Notes under the pieces: generated by a model
Seen by the model: the letters and a program-made list of their open reading frames with translations, nothing else
The model's database searches: none
What the model was told of the DNA's origin: nothing
Position numbers and translations under genes: made by a program
Source of the DNA: Octopus vulgaris
Lineage: Eukaryota
Direction of reading: 5' to 3'
DNA: 64,000 bases
Assembly (NCBI GenBank): GCA_951406725.2
Contig: OX597820.1
Location: 41,912,001 to 41,976,000 of the forward strand
In this document: piece by piece, positions 1-12,423 of the stretch
How the letters are laid out: the number at the start of each line of letters is the position of its first letter
Numbering within the stretch: the first letter of the stretch is position 1

Positions 1-96
1 ATTTGATGAGGAATTTTGAAATTCTTGACAGAATGAGAGATATTGATGAAGGAGAGAGGTAAAGGGTGTGAGTGAGATAAATAGAAATATAGAAAG

Positions 97-130
<34 letters not shown>

Positions 131-399
131 GGGGAGAGATACAATTCAATAAGTTAGAAAGAGTTACTTATAGGAAAATCGGAGAGAAATTTGAGGAATA
201 AAGTTTGTGTGAGTGCTTAGGAAGATGTGCATGTATAAGTGTGAGTATGTACGCGTGTGAGTGTGTGTGAGTGCTTGTGTGTGTGTGTTTGTGTGTGTGT
301 GTGTGCTTGTTATTTTGGGAAAGACTGTGAAATCTCTCAATCACTGAACAGAAACACTGTGTTAAGGGAGTGAGTAAATCAAACATATATGTACATAGT

Positions 400-437
<38 letters not shown>

Positions 438-540
438 AGATGGATTGATTGATGGATAGACAGATAGACAGATGGACAGATAGACAGAACAACCTACATC
501 CATATGGATATATACATACATACATACATACATACATACA

Positions 541-576
<36 letters not shown>

Positions 577-3558
577 TAAATATATATATATGGAGAGAGA
601 GAGAGGGGGGAACAGGAGAAGTTAAGAAAATGTCGAGATAGAGGTGAATGCATAAAGAGAGAAAGTGTTTTTCCGGTTGGGGCAGAAAATATTGACAAAG
701 ACGAAAAGAAAGTGCAAAAAGTTAAAATCATTGTTTGATAACCATGTAACAGACACACACACACACAGACTCACATACACATACACACACACACACACAC
801 AAACACATATATGTATATGAGAGATACACACAGAACGATCGAGCGAGAGAGAGAGAGAGAAAGATATGAAGGAGAAAGAGAGAGCGAATCAAGGTAAGGA
901 GAGAGAGGCTGTCAAAGAAGTGAAATTAATATAGATTGGTAACTATAGCAGTAGATTAATAATCTGAGAATGGGACAGAGGAAAGAAAGGATGAAAGAAA
1001 TAAAGAAACAGAGAACGAAAGTAAAGAGAAAGGATGAGGAGGAGGAGGAGGAAGAAGAAAAGAAACTATGATTGGTAAATGTATGGATCGATAGAAGGAA
1101 AGAAGAAATAGAGTTGGAGTGAGAAATAGTAAACGAGGGAGTAAACGAAGTGTTAAAGAAAGACAGAGAGGAGGAAAGAGGCAATAGAAAGAGACAGAAC
1201 TAGAGTGGAACAATAAACAAAGAATAGTGAGAGATACATATTAAGAAGGAGAGAGAGAGAGGGAGAGGGAGAGAGGGAGAGAGGGAGAGAGTGGTGCGGA
1301 GAAAGCCGAAGGATGAGAGGTAAACAAACCTATGCTTCCTTCGTATGCTCCATATTGAGAGCAACCACACGTTTATTTCAATAGCAGTAGAAGACACAAG
1401 AAGTATCTTTCTTTTCTCCCTTCTTTCACTCTCTCTCTCTCTCTCACATTGCCTATTCACTCTCTGTCTCTCTCGCTCTTTCGCACAGTCGCTTTCTCCT
1501 GTCTCTGTAATATTTCCTACACTTTCATTCGTTTCTCCCCGTCATCCATTCCATGCTCTTCGTCGTCTTGCAAAAATCCCATTGGGCTTGGCTGTCTTTT
1601 GTTATCTTTGCTACCGCCTGTGTTATTTTTACGGAAAGAGATTCAACAAGAATGAAATGCGTTTTGAGGGGGGTGGAATACATGAACACACACACAGACA
1701 CACTTATGCATGGAGGCACATATGTGTGTGTGTATGTATGTACTTATGTATGTATGTATGTATGTATGTATGTATGTATGTATGTATGTATGTACTTATT
1801 TATGCATGTATGTATGTATGCATGTATGTATGTATGTATGCGTGTATGTATGTATGTAAGTATGTATGTATGTATGTATACTGTTTTTCCTTCTCATGAT
1901 TTCTATTCACTATTCTTGAATATACGTATATATGCCGACACCTATGAACGTGTTTGTATATAACATACCTGAATTACACGTATGTGTGTATATGAGTGTC
2001 TGTGTGTGTGTGAATGTGTGAGTATGTGTCTGCATGCGTGTATGTGTGGATAAATAGATGGATGCACACATAATTACATACATATATATACGTACAGCTC
2101 ACCGAGGCGAGGTTCAATTAGCATATATACAGATATACACATACATTTACGTATGTTTGAATGACTGTGTAATGGTCCACAATCTCCAAAATATATGCAA
2201 ATTACTATGTATAGGGTGCATATACGTATGCGTGTGTATATATATATATGTATGTGTGAGTGTGTGGGTGCCTATATGTCTGTTTGTGTGTTTATATATA
2301 TATATGTATATGTATATATATGTGTGTGTGTGCGTGTCTATAAACATATATGTATGTATGTATGCATGTATGTACGTACGTATGTATATGTATATATACA
2401 CACAGAAATGCTCAGGCAGTTAGAAATGTAATACGGAAACACGCATTCTTATAAACGCATATGTTTATGTATATGAAGATTTTGCTTGTATGTAGTCTAA
2501 ATGCGCGTGCATGAATATATTCATACGTTTGTGTGTACTAGTCAGTGCACGTATAAGTGTATATAATGTATGCATGTGAGACAAGTTGTTCATGAGTTTA
2601 TAGAGGTGTAGTTAGTTTAAGCTCGTCTAAAGAATGTTTACGTTAGGGAAGTGTTTTGTCCTATGCTGGTCTTTGTCCCGCAATTATACTTACATAGGAA
2701 TGATTCTGCAGCGTATGTGTGTGCGTGTGAGTTTCCGTGTCCACGTACGTTGTGCACATGTATATACATATATATATACATATATATGTGTGTTGTATTT
2801 GTGTGTGTGTATATATATATATACATATGGTCCTTCATTTATATGTATGACGTTTTATATTCTCAGTGCATCAAGGTGTTCGCATTTGCAAACGCTCCGG
2901 ATTCTGCGAAAGCTTATTTCTTAGCACTCCTGGCTAATAAATATATATGCAGGGGTGGATGTATACCGCCTGTGTGAGTATATTCGTCTGTGCACGAATG
3001 AGTGCGTGCATACGTGTGCGTGCGCGTGTGTGTGCATATATATATGTGCGTGTGTGTGTGTGTGTGTGTATAAATATATGTAAGTGTGTATGTACGTATC
3101 TCTGCATGTGTATATGCGTGTCTCGGTACGTAGGTATATGATGGAGGAGTGCATATGTGGGATGTGATATTTATATGTACGCATGTGTTAGTATGCACGT
3201 GGGTGCATGTGTGCATATGTGCCTGTGTGCGTATGTATCTGTTCATTGCTGCCACTATTCCATCCCTGCCTCCCTCCATCTTTTTGTTTCTCAATTCTTC
3301 CACTCTCTCTCTCTCTCTCTCCTTACTCTTCTCTCTGTCTTCTACGCACAGTCATGTGTATACATCAATCTCAGACTGTCCCTTGGCGATTCTTCCACAG
3401 TCTACTCGCTGTATCTTTATATATGCGCTCTGTCGCTAACGCACTCATACACAAAGATACAAATACCCTGCATCTTTCTCTCCGTCACTCTTACTCTCTC
3501 CACTCTCTGTCTCTGGCTCAGTCTCTCTCCCTCTCTCTCCCTCTCTCTCTATCACACA

Positions 3559-3589
<31 letters not shown>

Positions 3590-3887
3590 CTTTCCGACCT
3601 TGTCAGTGCTTTACTTCTCTTACCTCTCTTACCCTTATAATTCTCTCTTTTACACTTTAAATTCTTTTCACTTTTTGTTTATACATTTTTATTTCCTTTT
3701 CATCCGTATTTCCGCGCGCGTATGTGTGTGTGTGTGTGTGTACCTACACATATATGTATGTACGTACATACATACATACATACATACATACATACATACA
3801 TACTTGCATATATTCTGTTCCTTTAATTCTTTATTTCATTTTTTCCGTGTTTGTTTATACCGCATCTTGCTTAGACTTCATTATCAC

Positions 3888-3925
3888 CTTCTTCTTCTTC
3901 ATTTTCTTCTTCTTCCTCTTCTTCT

Positions 3926-3957
<32 letters not shown>

Positions 3958-4222
3958 TTCTTCTTCTTCTTCTTCTTCACCACCGTCTTCTTCTTCTTCG
4001 TCTTCACCTTCTTCGTCTTCTTCTTCGTCTTCACCTTCTTCTTCTTCTTCTTCTTCTTCTTCTTCACCACCGTCTTCGTCTTCACCTTCTTCGTCTTCTT
4101 CTTCTTCTTCTTCTTCTTCTTCTTCTCCTTCTTCTTCTTCTTCTTCTTCTTTTTCTTCTTCTTCTTCTTCTTCTTCTTCTTCTTCTTCTCCTTCTTCTCC
4201 TTCTTCTTTTCCCTCTTCTTCC
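3888..4222. repeat. (TTC)n microsatellite with internal variant blocks (CACCACCGTC, CGTCTTCACC)
   Basis: Directly visible triplet array. It produces the poly-F/L/K/E ORFs in the track. Confidence 0.95.
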
Positions 4223-4450
4223 ATTCTTTCTTTTTTTCTTTTTCTTTCCTTTCGTTCATTCATACCAAACATAAGCGCCCCAGGTCGACCTGTATGGCAA
4301 ACATGTGGTCCTCTTCTTTCAATTTCTTCACTAATGTTGTTATTGTTATTGTTGCCATCGTCATTGCTGTCATACGTATGCGAAAAGGCGTGTTTGTGTA
4401 AATAACTGCTCACATACACATGCGAGTATGCACGTGTGTAAGCCTGCATG

Positions 4451-4533
<83 letters not shown>

Positions 4534-6092
4534 TCATATATATCTGTGTGGTGGTGCCTATAGAAGTAAGTACGTGTGATGGATGCGTGCGTGTGTAGTA
4601 TAAATCTATGTTTGTGATTGTGTGAGATGCGTTTTTGTTTCTATGAGGAATTTAAAACGATAGGAAACATGTCTGTAAGAAATGTCAGAGATTTCTTTTC
4701 CTTTAATGTTTATTGTTGTTGTTAGTTAATGGTTTTAACATTTTTTTTTTGTATTTGTTTTCTGTTTTGTATTTTAATGTTTTCTTTCTGCTTTGTTGTT
4801 TATATTTTTTGCTGATGATGTTATTGTTGCCATTGCTAGTATTGTTCAATGTTGCTGTTTAACAGTACAATTGCAAGAAGATGTTTTCCTTACTGATGTC
4901 TAATAATGTTTGATATAATTTTCGCTGTCGTTGATGTTGTTGTTGTTGTTCTTCGTTGCTTTCGCCCAAGGCCACAGAAACTGTCAAATAGGTTCCATCA
5001 ATGACCATCCTGTTCTAAGATATTCTATGTATGTGTGCAAGTGTGTGTATGGGTGAGGCATGTGAGTGTGCGTGTGAACACATTTTCAATGCTTCACTCA
5101 ATCATAAACGCAATAGTGTGTGATCTAAGGTATATTTAATTGTTGCTTCTAGCAAAAAAGCTTCTCGCGGTGGCTATGCTGCTGTTTAGTCGCAGGGCAA
5201 TCTTGCTCAGGATGACAAACGGTCGAAAGTATTCCGGGTATGATTATCAAGTTATATTGCCTTATGTGCATCCTTCTCTTTTGAAGACAATGAAATATGT
5301 TGCGATAATGATGTGGCTGTTATTTCTGTTATGTCGCGAAAGTATATAAGTATTCTCTTACTAGCTCGTACGGTCGTTATTGTGGTTGTCGATATAATTG
5401 TCAATTATTACTGTCATTATAGCGTAAATGTTGACGCTGTTATTTAATCAATTGCCGGCCTAAGACCAAAAGCATTCCAACCGTATGTAAGTAGAATATT
5501 TTTACTGACGAGCTTCAATAAGACGGAAACATATCCGGCGCTTTCGTCGGTTGCATTATTCAATCCAGTCTGCATTATCTGTATTGGTAAAAGAGACGAA
5601 TATTGGTACGATCGGTTCATGACAGTTTAGGGAGTTCACTCATAAGGCTAAATGTTCATCTCTAGCCAAGTCAATGCTGGCCTCAGTGCTGGTAAAGTAA
5701 GTGTTAATCTTGTTTGTGTAATGATGGGTGATTTAATTTGATTTGTTTGTCAGATTTTTAGCGGGCTCGTGTTTTTTTTTTTCTTTTACTGTGTTTTGAT
5801 TTGTGTAGCTAAATCGCCTTCCTCTGCCCCCTTTGTAAAAATATCGTAGCATGTGATTTGGCTGACATTTCTAGCGCAACCAATGCACTAGATATAACTA
5901 ATTCGAAAATGTTACAGTATTTTACAAATGCGTGCTGCATCCACTCGTGCACAATACTATATTTTTGGTTAATATAGCAGGGAGTTGTTAGAATCATTAG
6001 AATCGGACAAATTGTGTCATGGTATTTAGTTTCGCCGGTTTACGCAATACATTTAAAATCTACCAAATCTAAATAGCTTTAAACATTTTAAC

Positions 6093-6106
6093 CATCATCA
6101 TCATCA

Positions 6107-6170
<64 letters not shown>

Positions 6171-6180
6171 CATTATTATT
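6093..6180. repeat. (CAT)n/(ATT)n microsatellite immediately 5' of the LINE insertion
   Basis: Directly visible. Confidence 0.95.
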
Positions 6181-6188
6181 AAGGCGGC

Positions 6189-7152
6189 ACTCTGGGTCAA
6201 GCCGAAACCGAGGGTGGGTGAGTGTTATCTTGCGTGCTGACAAGTCCTCTAAGTACTCTATCAGTCAAGCAGTGCGGTCAGTGGAAATTCTACCTTGGTG
6301 TTCTGTAGGGGGTTAGTGGAGGATAGGTGTGACAACGTCATTGGCTAGCCTCTGGGCATCAATGAGGAACAACTGACCGATCTTTTTCGGAGGACATTCC
6401 AGCCGGCGTGTATGGATAACGTCTAGACATCCCTGGCATCGCAATGCTACCGGGGAGCGTTGCTGGTTCGCGATAAACACCACAGATACGAAAGTGCCGT
6501 CAGTCGAAGCTGCCCGAGGTATGCTCGAAGCGATGAAACCGTTCTACACGCACTCGTCCAATATTCGGCAATTTCTCTCATGTGTGCTTATGTTGTGCAC
6601 TTGGTGTTGCGTGTCGTATGGATCAAGCTATCAACCGAGTCTGTATTTAAGATTGCTCCGCCCTCTTCCTCTGGTCGGGAAGGCCGAGCAGTTTTTATCT
6701 GCATGGTGGCCAGGTGAAAGAGGTTATGTGGTGGACAAGACTGAAAGGCGTGAAGACAGAAATTTTTGTCTCTGATTTTTTCAGGTTCCACTTGAAGAGG
6801 CGGATCAGAGTGGAGAGAGAGATGCTCCCTTCTAGCAAATTTATTGAATGGTGGAGAGAGTGGTGTGCATGGTTCGTGTGAACGGGCCTGCTCTGAGCAT
6901 GCTGTTTTGATTGGAATTAAAGGGAGGGGAAACACTTGCTTAAGTAGTCAAGGAAACCCTGATTTTCTATGAGGTTTGCATGGTTTCTCTCAGAAGTTTC
7001 CCCTATTGGGGAATTGTATTTATTTAATGTTATTGTTAACTTTTGTTATTGCTTTATGTTTAGTCGATAAAACCCTCCCTTTGTGTCCGTATGGACCTTT
7101 GTGTTTGTGTCCCTATATGCTCTATATAGACCCATGTGGCCAATAAAGAAAA
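6189..7152 (+). mobile_element. 5'-truncated L1/Tx1-type non-LTR retrotransposon (ORF2 C-terminus with zf-RVT remnant plus 3' UTR)
   Basis: One frame from about 6190, with stops, reads ...QCYRGALLVRDKHHRYESAVSRSCPRYARSDETVLHALVQY..., matching the C-x2-C...ET-x2-H-x-L-x2-C zinc knuckle with two Cys changed to Tyr. After a frameshift it reads KEVMWWTRLKG...FIEWW. It ends in CCAATAAAGAAAA. It is flanked by direct repeats CATTATTATTAAGGCGGC (6171-6188) and CATCATCATTAAGGCGGC (7153-7170). Confidence 0.85.
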
Positions 7153-7162
7153 CATCATCATT

Positions 7163-7329
7163 AAGGCGGCGAACTGACTGAATCGTGAGCACGGGTTCAA
7201 ATTCTGCCGAGGTTGACTTTTGCATTTCATCATTTCGGAGTCGATAAATTAAGTAGCAGTGAAACCTTGGGGTCGCTGTAATCGAATAGTTCCCTCCCAC
7301 AAAATGTCTGGCTTTGTATCTTTAGATAC
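7163..7329 (+). mobile_element. Nin/Deu-domain tRNA-derived SINE, internally deleted
   Basis: AAGGCGGCGAACTG head, GTTCAAATTC B-box, Nin-like TTTCATCATTTCGGAGTCGATAAATTAAGTA and a (CAT)n tail. Matches other copies in the window. Confidence 0.85.
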
Positions 7330-7348
7330 ATCATCATCGTCGTCGTCG

Positions 7349-7388
<40 letters not shown>

Positions 7389-8739
7389 TTTTACTGGTGT
7401 GCTTGCTTTAGCAATAGATTTCGTTTCTTTAGCCATTGATACTTATTATTGATTTGAAGGTGCTGGCTGTTGTTTTTTTATTGAAGCTGCTATCGGTGCT
7501 TGATACTACAAATTTTGTTATTATTATTATTATTTGTTTTAATCGTTATGGCTGTGGTGTAGTTAACGCTAAGCACATTTTTGTTATTTACAAAAGCTGC
7601 TGCTGTTTATTGTGGTTATCTTGTTTATATTATGCAGTTGTTGCAATAGCATTCAGATTTCGGGTTTTCCTTTATTCCCTTACTTCTCTTGTTTCTGGCT
7701 ATTATTAACCCTTTTAAAAATATTATGTCCGTGTCTCCTCATTAACATGGGAAACACACTCCTAGAATGCAGCCTGCGTATACAAGGACTGCATCTGTTA
7801 TGAGCAGAGCTAAAACATACTTGATAACCCGAACAAACAGGTATAAAATATAAAACATATATCCACGCCGCCATCTTTAGCACCAATGCTTTCTCCAATG
7901 TCGGTGTCACCATCATCATCACAATCATCAGCATTATTATTTCTTTTAATATCTCTTTTTTAAATATACGCAGACATTCTCCATGAAATAAGAGTCGCAG
8001 CTACTCATAAACACGCAAACATTAAAAAAACGCGAGCACGTACACAAACACACGCACACACACACACGCTCACACAGACACACAGAAACACACACGCACA
8101 CACAGTCGCTTACACACATGAATACTCAGATACACATACCCACTACTATTCTTGTAGATTTTAAGAAAGATATAAAAGTATTATCGGTAATTGAATTTAC
8201 ATACGTAGAGATGTGTATGTGTGTGTGTGTGCGCGTGCATAAACACACATACATCTGCACACACAGACACGCACACAACACATATACATATAATTTATTC
8301 CTTTCATTCTTCAATTGGTCTCGGTCACTTAACTGTCGCTCTGATACTAGAGCACAGCATAGCATTGTGGTATATAGTGATTACACCAGCCACTCCGAAA
8401 ATTTTAAGAAGATGAAAAGCAACTTAGAACTGTTCAAGTTCATTGTACCCACTGACACATATACGCACATATATAAACATAATTGCGGGCTCGGCACACA
8501 GGCATGTACCTATAGATGCGCATGTATTTTCCAGGATATTTGTGTATTTGTGAGGTAATGCTCATAGCTTTGCGCGTGGCTGTATATGTTGGAGTATGTT
8601 TGTATATTTACTTGTATTTTGGATCTTCATTACGCTCTAAGATGTAATTCCCCTTGCTGCCAACGAAACTATTGAAAATATCTTCAAAACTGTTTCGAAA
8701 AGATCCACAGCCCACTCAGAATATTCTGTAAACAATATA

Positions 8740-9295
8740 CACAAGATTTCCAGGACAACAACAACGGACAATTTCTCAGCGCACATTTCTAAATCGCATT
8801 GGCAAAGTTTCTAGCGTGAAACTCAGTGTACCATTGGAACAATGAAAATTAAACGGTGAAATGCGAAAGCTTAAGAAATTCAGATATACGTAAGCATTCG
8901 TGAAATACACAATAACTATAATACAATATATTTTGGGTAAAAATGCAATAACACCAATCCGGGCATCAGAAATCACAGCTCTGCAGAAAGAGAAGTCAGC
9001 CATAGCAGAAAACTGGGAAAAGCATTTCAACCAAGATCTAAAACCATTGCATATAGCAATTATGGATAATTTCATGAAATACCAGTCATTCATCACCGTG
9101 ACTACATATCGACCCTTGCTGAAGTTAGTTCTGCCCTCGAAACCATGTTCAAGAAATATCCTCGTCGTAGCACTATTCCAACATTTAGTTTATGATTGTG
9201 CTAGGAGGATTTTACAGAAACGAGCAACAAGAAGCATATACGTCAACATTGCAAGGATGTAAGCATAGCCACCATCTTTAAAAAAGAAGGGAAGC
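8740..9295 (+). mobile_element. Degenerate RTE-like LINE ORF2 fragment (tether to start of RT)
   Basis: Frameshifted segments read ITPIRASEITALQKEKSAIAENWEKHFNQDL, STLAEVSSALETM and QHCKDVSIATIFKKEG, in the order expected for the RTE motifs W-x-EHF-x2-LLN, PT-x2-EV-x2-A and FKDA-x-I-x-TIFKKG. Confidence 0.7.
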
Positions 9296-9672
9296 AAATC
9301 TCTTAGTTTATATACTTGGGGCACAGCACATCAGTTTATTGTGGGAGGGGTCTAGCCAACAACATGCTCAATAGATTATTCCAATCAGTATCACAAGCAA
9401 TAAAACTCATGTCACATTTGAGGAACATTGAGGATTGGGATATCACCAGATGGTCTAAAAATATTGGATAAGACGGAATCGATGGACAATTATAAGCACC
9501 CTTATAACTACCCTCTATCTTTCTATCAATAGTCCTAACTGTAAATATATATACAGTCCTAAAGTTTAAATATTACATTCGCATTTAGTATTCATGTATG
9601 TATGTATGTATGTATGTATGTATGTATGTATGTATGTATGTATGTATGTATGCATGTATGTATGTATATATA

Positions 9673-9895
9673 CCGGGTTAGTCAAAAGTCACCCGACAGT
9701 AAATCAAAATTCCATATATATTCATTCCAATTATGATTGTTTAATAGTTGCATTCTGTGAGTTAAAATCACCGTTTTATTTAATTTTTTTTCAACATTTG
9801 TCTATTAGCGAAGTCTCATTCGATCGTTAAACATAAGTAAATCTTGGAATGAAATGGGTTTTGATCTACTGCCAGGTGACATGTGCTAAACCCTG
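9673..9895. mobile_element. 223-bp Tc1/mariner-type MITE
   Basis: Imperfect ~30-bp TIRs (CCGGGTTAGTCAAAAGTCACCCGACAGTA versus reverse complement of the right end CAGGGTTTAGCACATGTCACCTGGCAGTA), TA on both sides (9671-9672, 9896-9897), AT-rich non-coding interior, inserted in a TA/TATG tract. Confidence 0.8.
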
Positions 9896-10035
9896 TATGT
9901 ATGCATATATATGTATGTATGTATGTATATATATACATATATATATACGGATATATATTTATTCAGATATATATATATACGGGTATATATAAATATATAT
10001 GGGCAGCTAAACAGGCAGGCAGACTGGCAAACGAA

Positions 10036-10418
10036 AGTCATATGACTGCGGCCATGCTGGAGTACCGCCTTTAGTTGAAGAAATCGACCCAAGAACTTAT
10101 TCCTTATAAGCCTAGAACTTATTCCATCGGTGTCTTTTGCTGAACCTCTAAGTTACGAGTACGTAAACATCAACATCGTTTGTCAAGTGATGGTAGGGGG
10201 ACAAACACAGACACGCCAAACATATACATATACACATATGTGTGTGTGTGTATCGACAGGCTTCTTTCAGTTTCCGTCTACCTAATCCACTCACAAAGCT
10301 TTGGTCAGCCCGAAGCTATAGTAGAAGACATTTGCCTAAGTTACCATGCAGTGGGACTTGGGACCCGGAACAATGTGGTTGGTAAGCAGGCTATTTACCA
10401 CACAGCTATACCTGCACC
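10036..10418 (-). mobile_element. CORE-type tRNA-derived SINE
   Basis: Minus strand reads GGTGCAGG...GCTGTGTGGTAA (A-box), a CORE-like CTTAGGCAAATGTCTTCTACTATAGC, an internal (TA/TG)n tract and a 3' CTCCAGCATGGCCGCAGTCA. Collinear with the copy at 35321-35701. Confidence 0.9.
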
Positions 10419-10475
10419 TTTTTAGATATCCATAGTGAATAGAAAGTAATCAAGTGGATTGTATCAGGAATTCAA

Positions 10476-10638
10476 AAAGGCACAGCCTTGTCACTCATTT
10501 GTCATGTAAATTCTGCGTGAGAACAATCTTAGGTGTGAACATGTCTGTAGACTCATCATCGACTTGCATATTAATTCAGGAGGTGATAATTCAATTGATT
10601 GCACAACTGAATCCTCGTCGTTGAACGACGGAGATCCA
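10476..10638 (+). mobile_element. Old 3' fragment of the SINE family seen intact at 61635-62015
   Basis: Collinear degenerate match (GCCTTGTCAC...GAGAAC...GTCTGT...TTAATT...CAACTGAATCCTCGTCGTTGAACGACGGAG). Confidence 0.7.
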
Positions 10639-10686
10639 CTTTATATATGTATACTGAAATACACGCACATTTATGTATGTCTATGC

Positions 10687-10795
<109 letters not shown>

Positions 10796-12307
10796 CAGAG
10801 ACAGACAGCTAGAGACAGACAGACAGACAGATAGTTGTGTGTGTGTATTCCCATACATGTGCTTGCAAGTATCTAAGCATATGCTTCTATTTTTGTCTAA
10901 GTTTATCTGAAGTGGGAGAAAAAGAATAGAAAGTAATGTGTGTATTTGTACACGTGTGTGTGTGTGTGTGTGTGTGTGTGCTTGTGTTTCTTTGTGTGTC
11001 TATGTATTTGAGGGTGATTGTGTCTATGTAATATTCAATAGTTCAGCAACACGCTTTGTCCACTGACCCTTACCGACGTAGATTTTTCTGTATTCTTCAC
11101 ACTCCGCTAACTATTCTCCTCCCATTCTCACAACATATTTCTTTCTTTCTTTCTTTCTTTCTTTCTCTCCTCCTTCCTTTCCTTCTTCCTTTCTTTCTTC
11201 CTTTCTTTCTCCTTTTCTCTTGTCTTCCTTCTCTCTGCTCTTCTTTCTTTTCCTTTTCTTTTCTTTCTTTCCTTTTCTTTCCCTGTCTGTCTCTCCCTCT
11301 CTCAATTTCTTCTCCCTTCTCCCTCTACCTTCTCTCTCTGTTACTTAAGTCGTAACACTCACCCTCTTCTCTTTCCTACTTTCACTTTCCGTTTTTTTCG
11401 TTTCCTTTCTTTTTCCTCTTATTTTTATGTACATCTGTCAATCTACCTATCTTCTATCCACATTTCTACCAGGCTATCAATCTACCAAACTATCTACTTA
11501 TCTACCTACCATCTACTTACTCTCTTCCTCCCTTCCTCCCTCCTTTCCCTATATAACTATCTACCAACATACATACATACATACATATATACAATAAGCA
11601 TATATAGTTTCCACTCTTTCTCTCTCTCTCTCTTTCTCATTTTCTTTCTCTTGATTCTCTCTAATTTAATTTTCAGACACTTAGTTCTTCGTACTTTCTT
11701 TCTCAATCTCTTGATATGTATGGGGGTGTATTTAATTATGATTGTACGTATATACGTATGTATGTATATGATGAAAAGCTGCTGCCATTCATAGAAGTAT
11801 ACACACACACACACATAATAATTCATATATATATATAAGTATATATATATTTTTATATTTCCATGTCTCTCTGTCTCTATCTCGCATGCTCTCTCTGTCC
11901 CCTTTCCTCTTTCTTTCACTCTCTGCTATGCATATACACAAACATATTCATTTCTAACATTGCTTTATTCCTCTAACACGACCACGTTTTCTCTTTCTCA
12001 TACTCCTATTCATCGCCTTTAAGTTGTATTTCATCCTTATTATCTCATACACTCACATTTACATTTCTTTCTTTCTCTCTTTTTCTCTATCTCTCACCCT
12101 TTCTCCTTTTCCCAAGCTCTCACGTCCTCTCTATGTTCGTTCATTTATCTCACCACCTTCTCTCTCTATCTCTCACCCCTCACTCTTCCTCATTCTATCC
12201 CTACATCTATCTCTGATTCGTATATTTCACTCATCTCCCTCTTCCCCTTCTCATCCTCTGACTTTCAGTATTTCGTAATAAATCTCTCATGAACATGAAA
12301 CGCAACC

Positions 12308-12423
12308 TTCCCAGCTTTCCCACGGATTCTACGTAAATCAAACCTCAGAAACCAATAGCAACAAACAACTTAGGTTCACCACACCATCGCCCAGTGGTTC
12401 CAGCTATGAATCCTACCCCGCCC
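12308..12423. promoter_or_regulatory. Candidate cis-regulatory cluster (CSL/Su(H) site, CCAAT box, GC box)
   Basis: TTCCCACG 12317-12324, CCAAT 12352-12356 and CCCCGCCC 12416-12423 in a unique island between simple repeats. Motif match only. Confidence 0.25.

Noticed and set aside
168-3200. Many YIYI/CVCV/MYVC ORFs
   Set aside because: Di- and tetranucleotide repeats. The same applies to similar ORFs throughout the window.
3207-4485. Long ORFs (355, 225, 204, 134 aa) rich in L, F, E, K
   Set aside because: They are translations of (TC)n, (TACA)n and (TTC)n arrays, which are stop-free in several frames on both strands. No domain signal.
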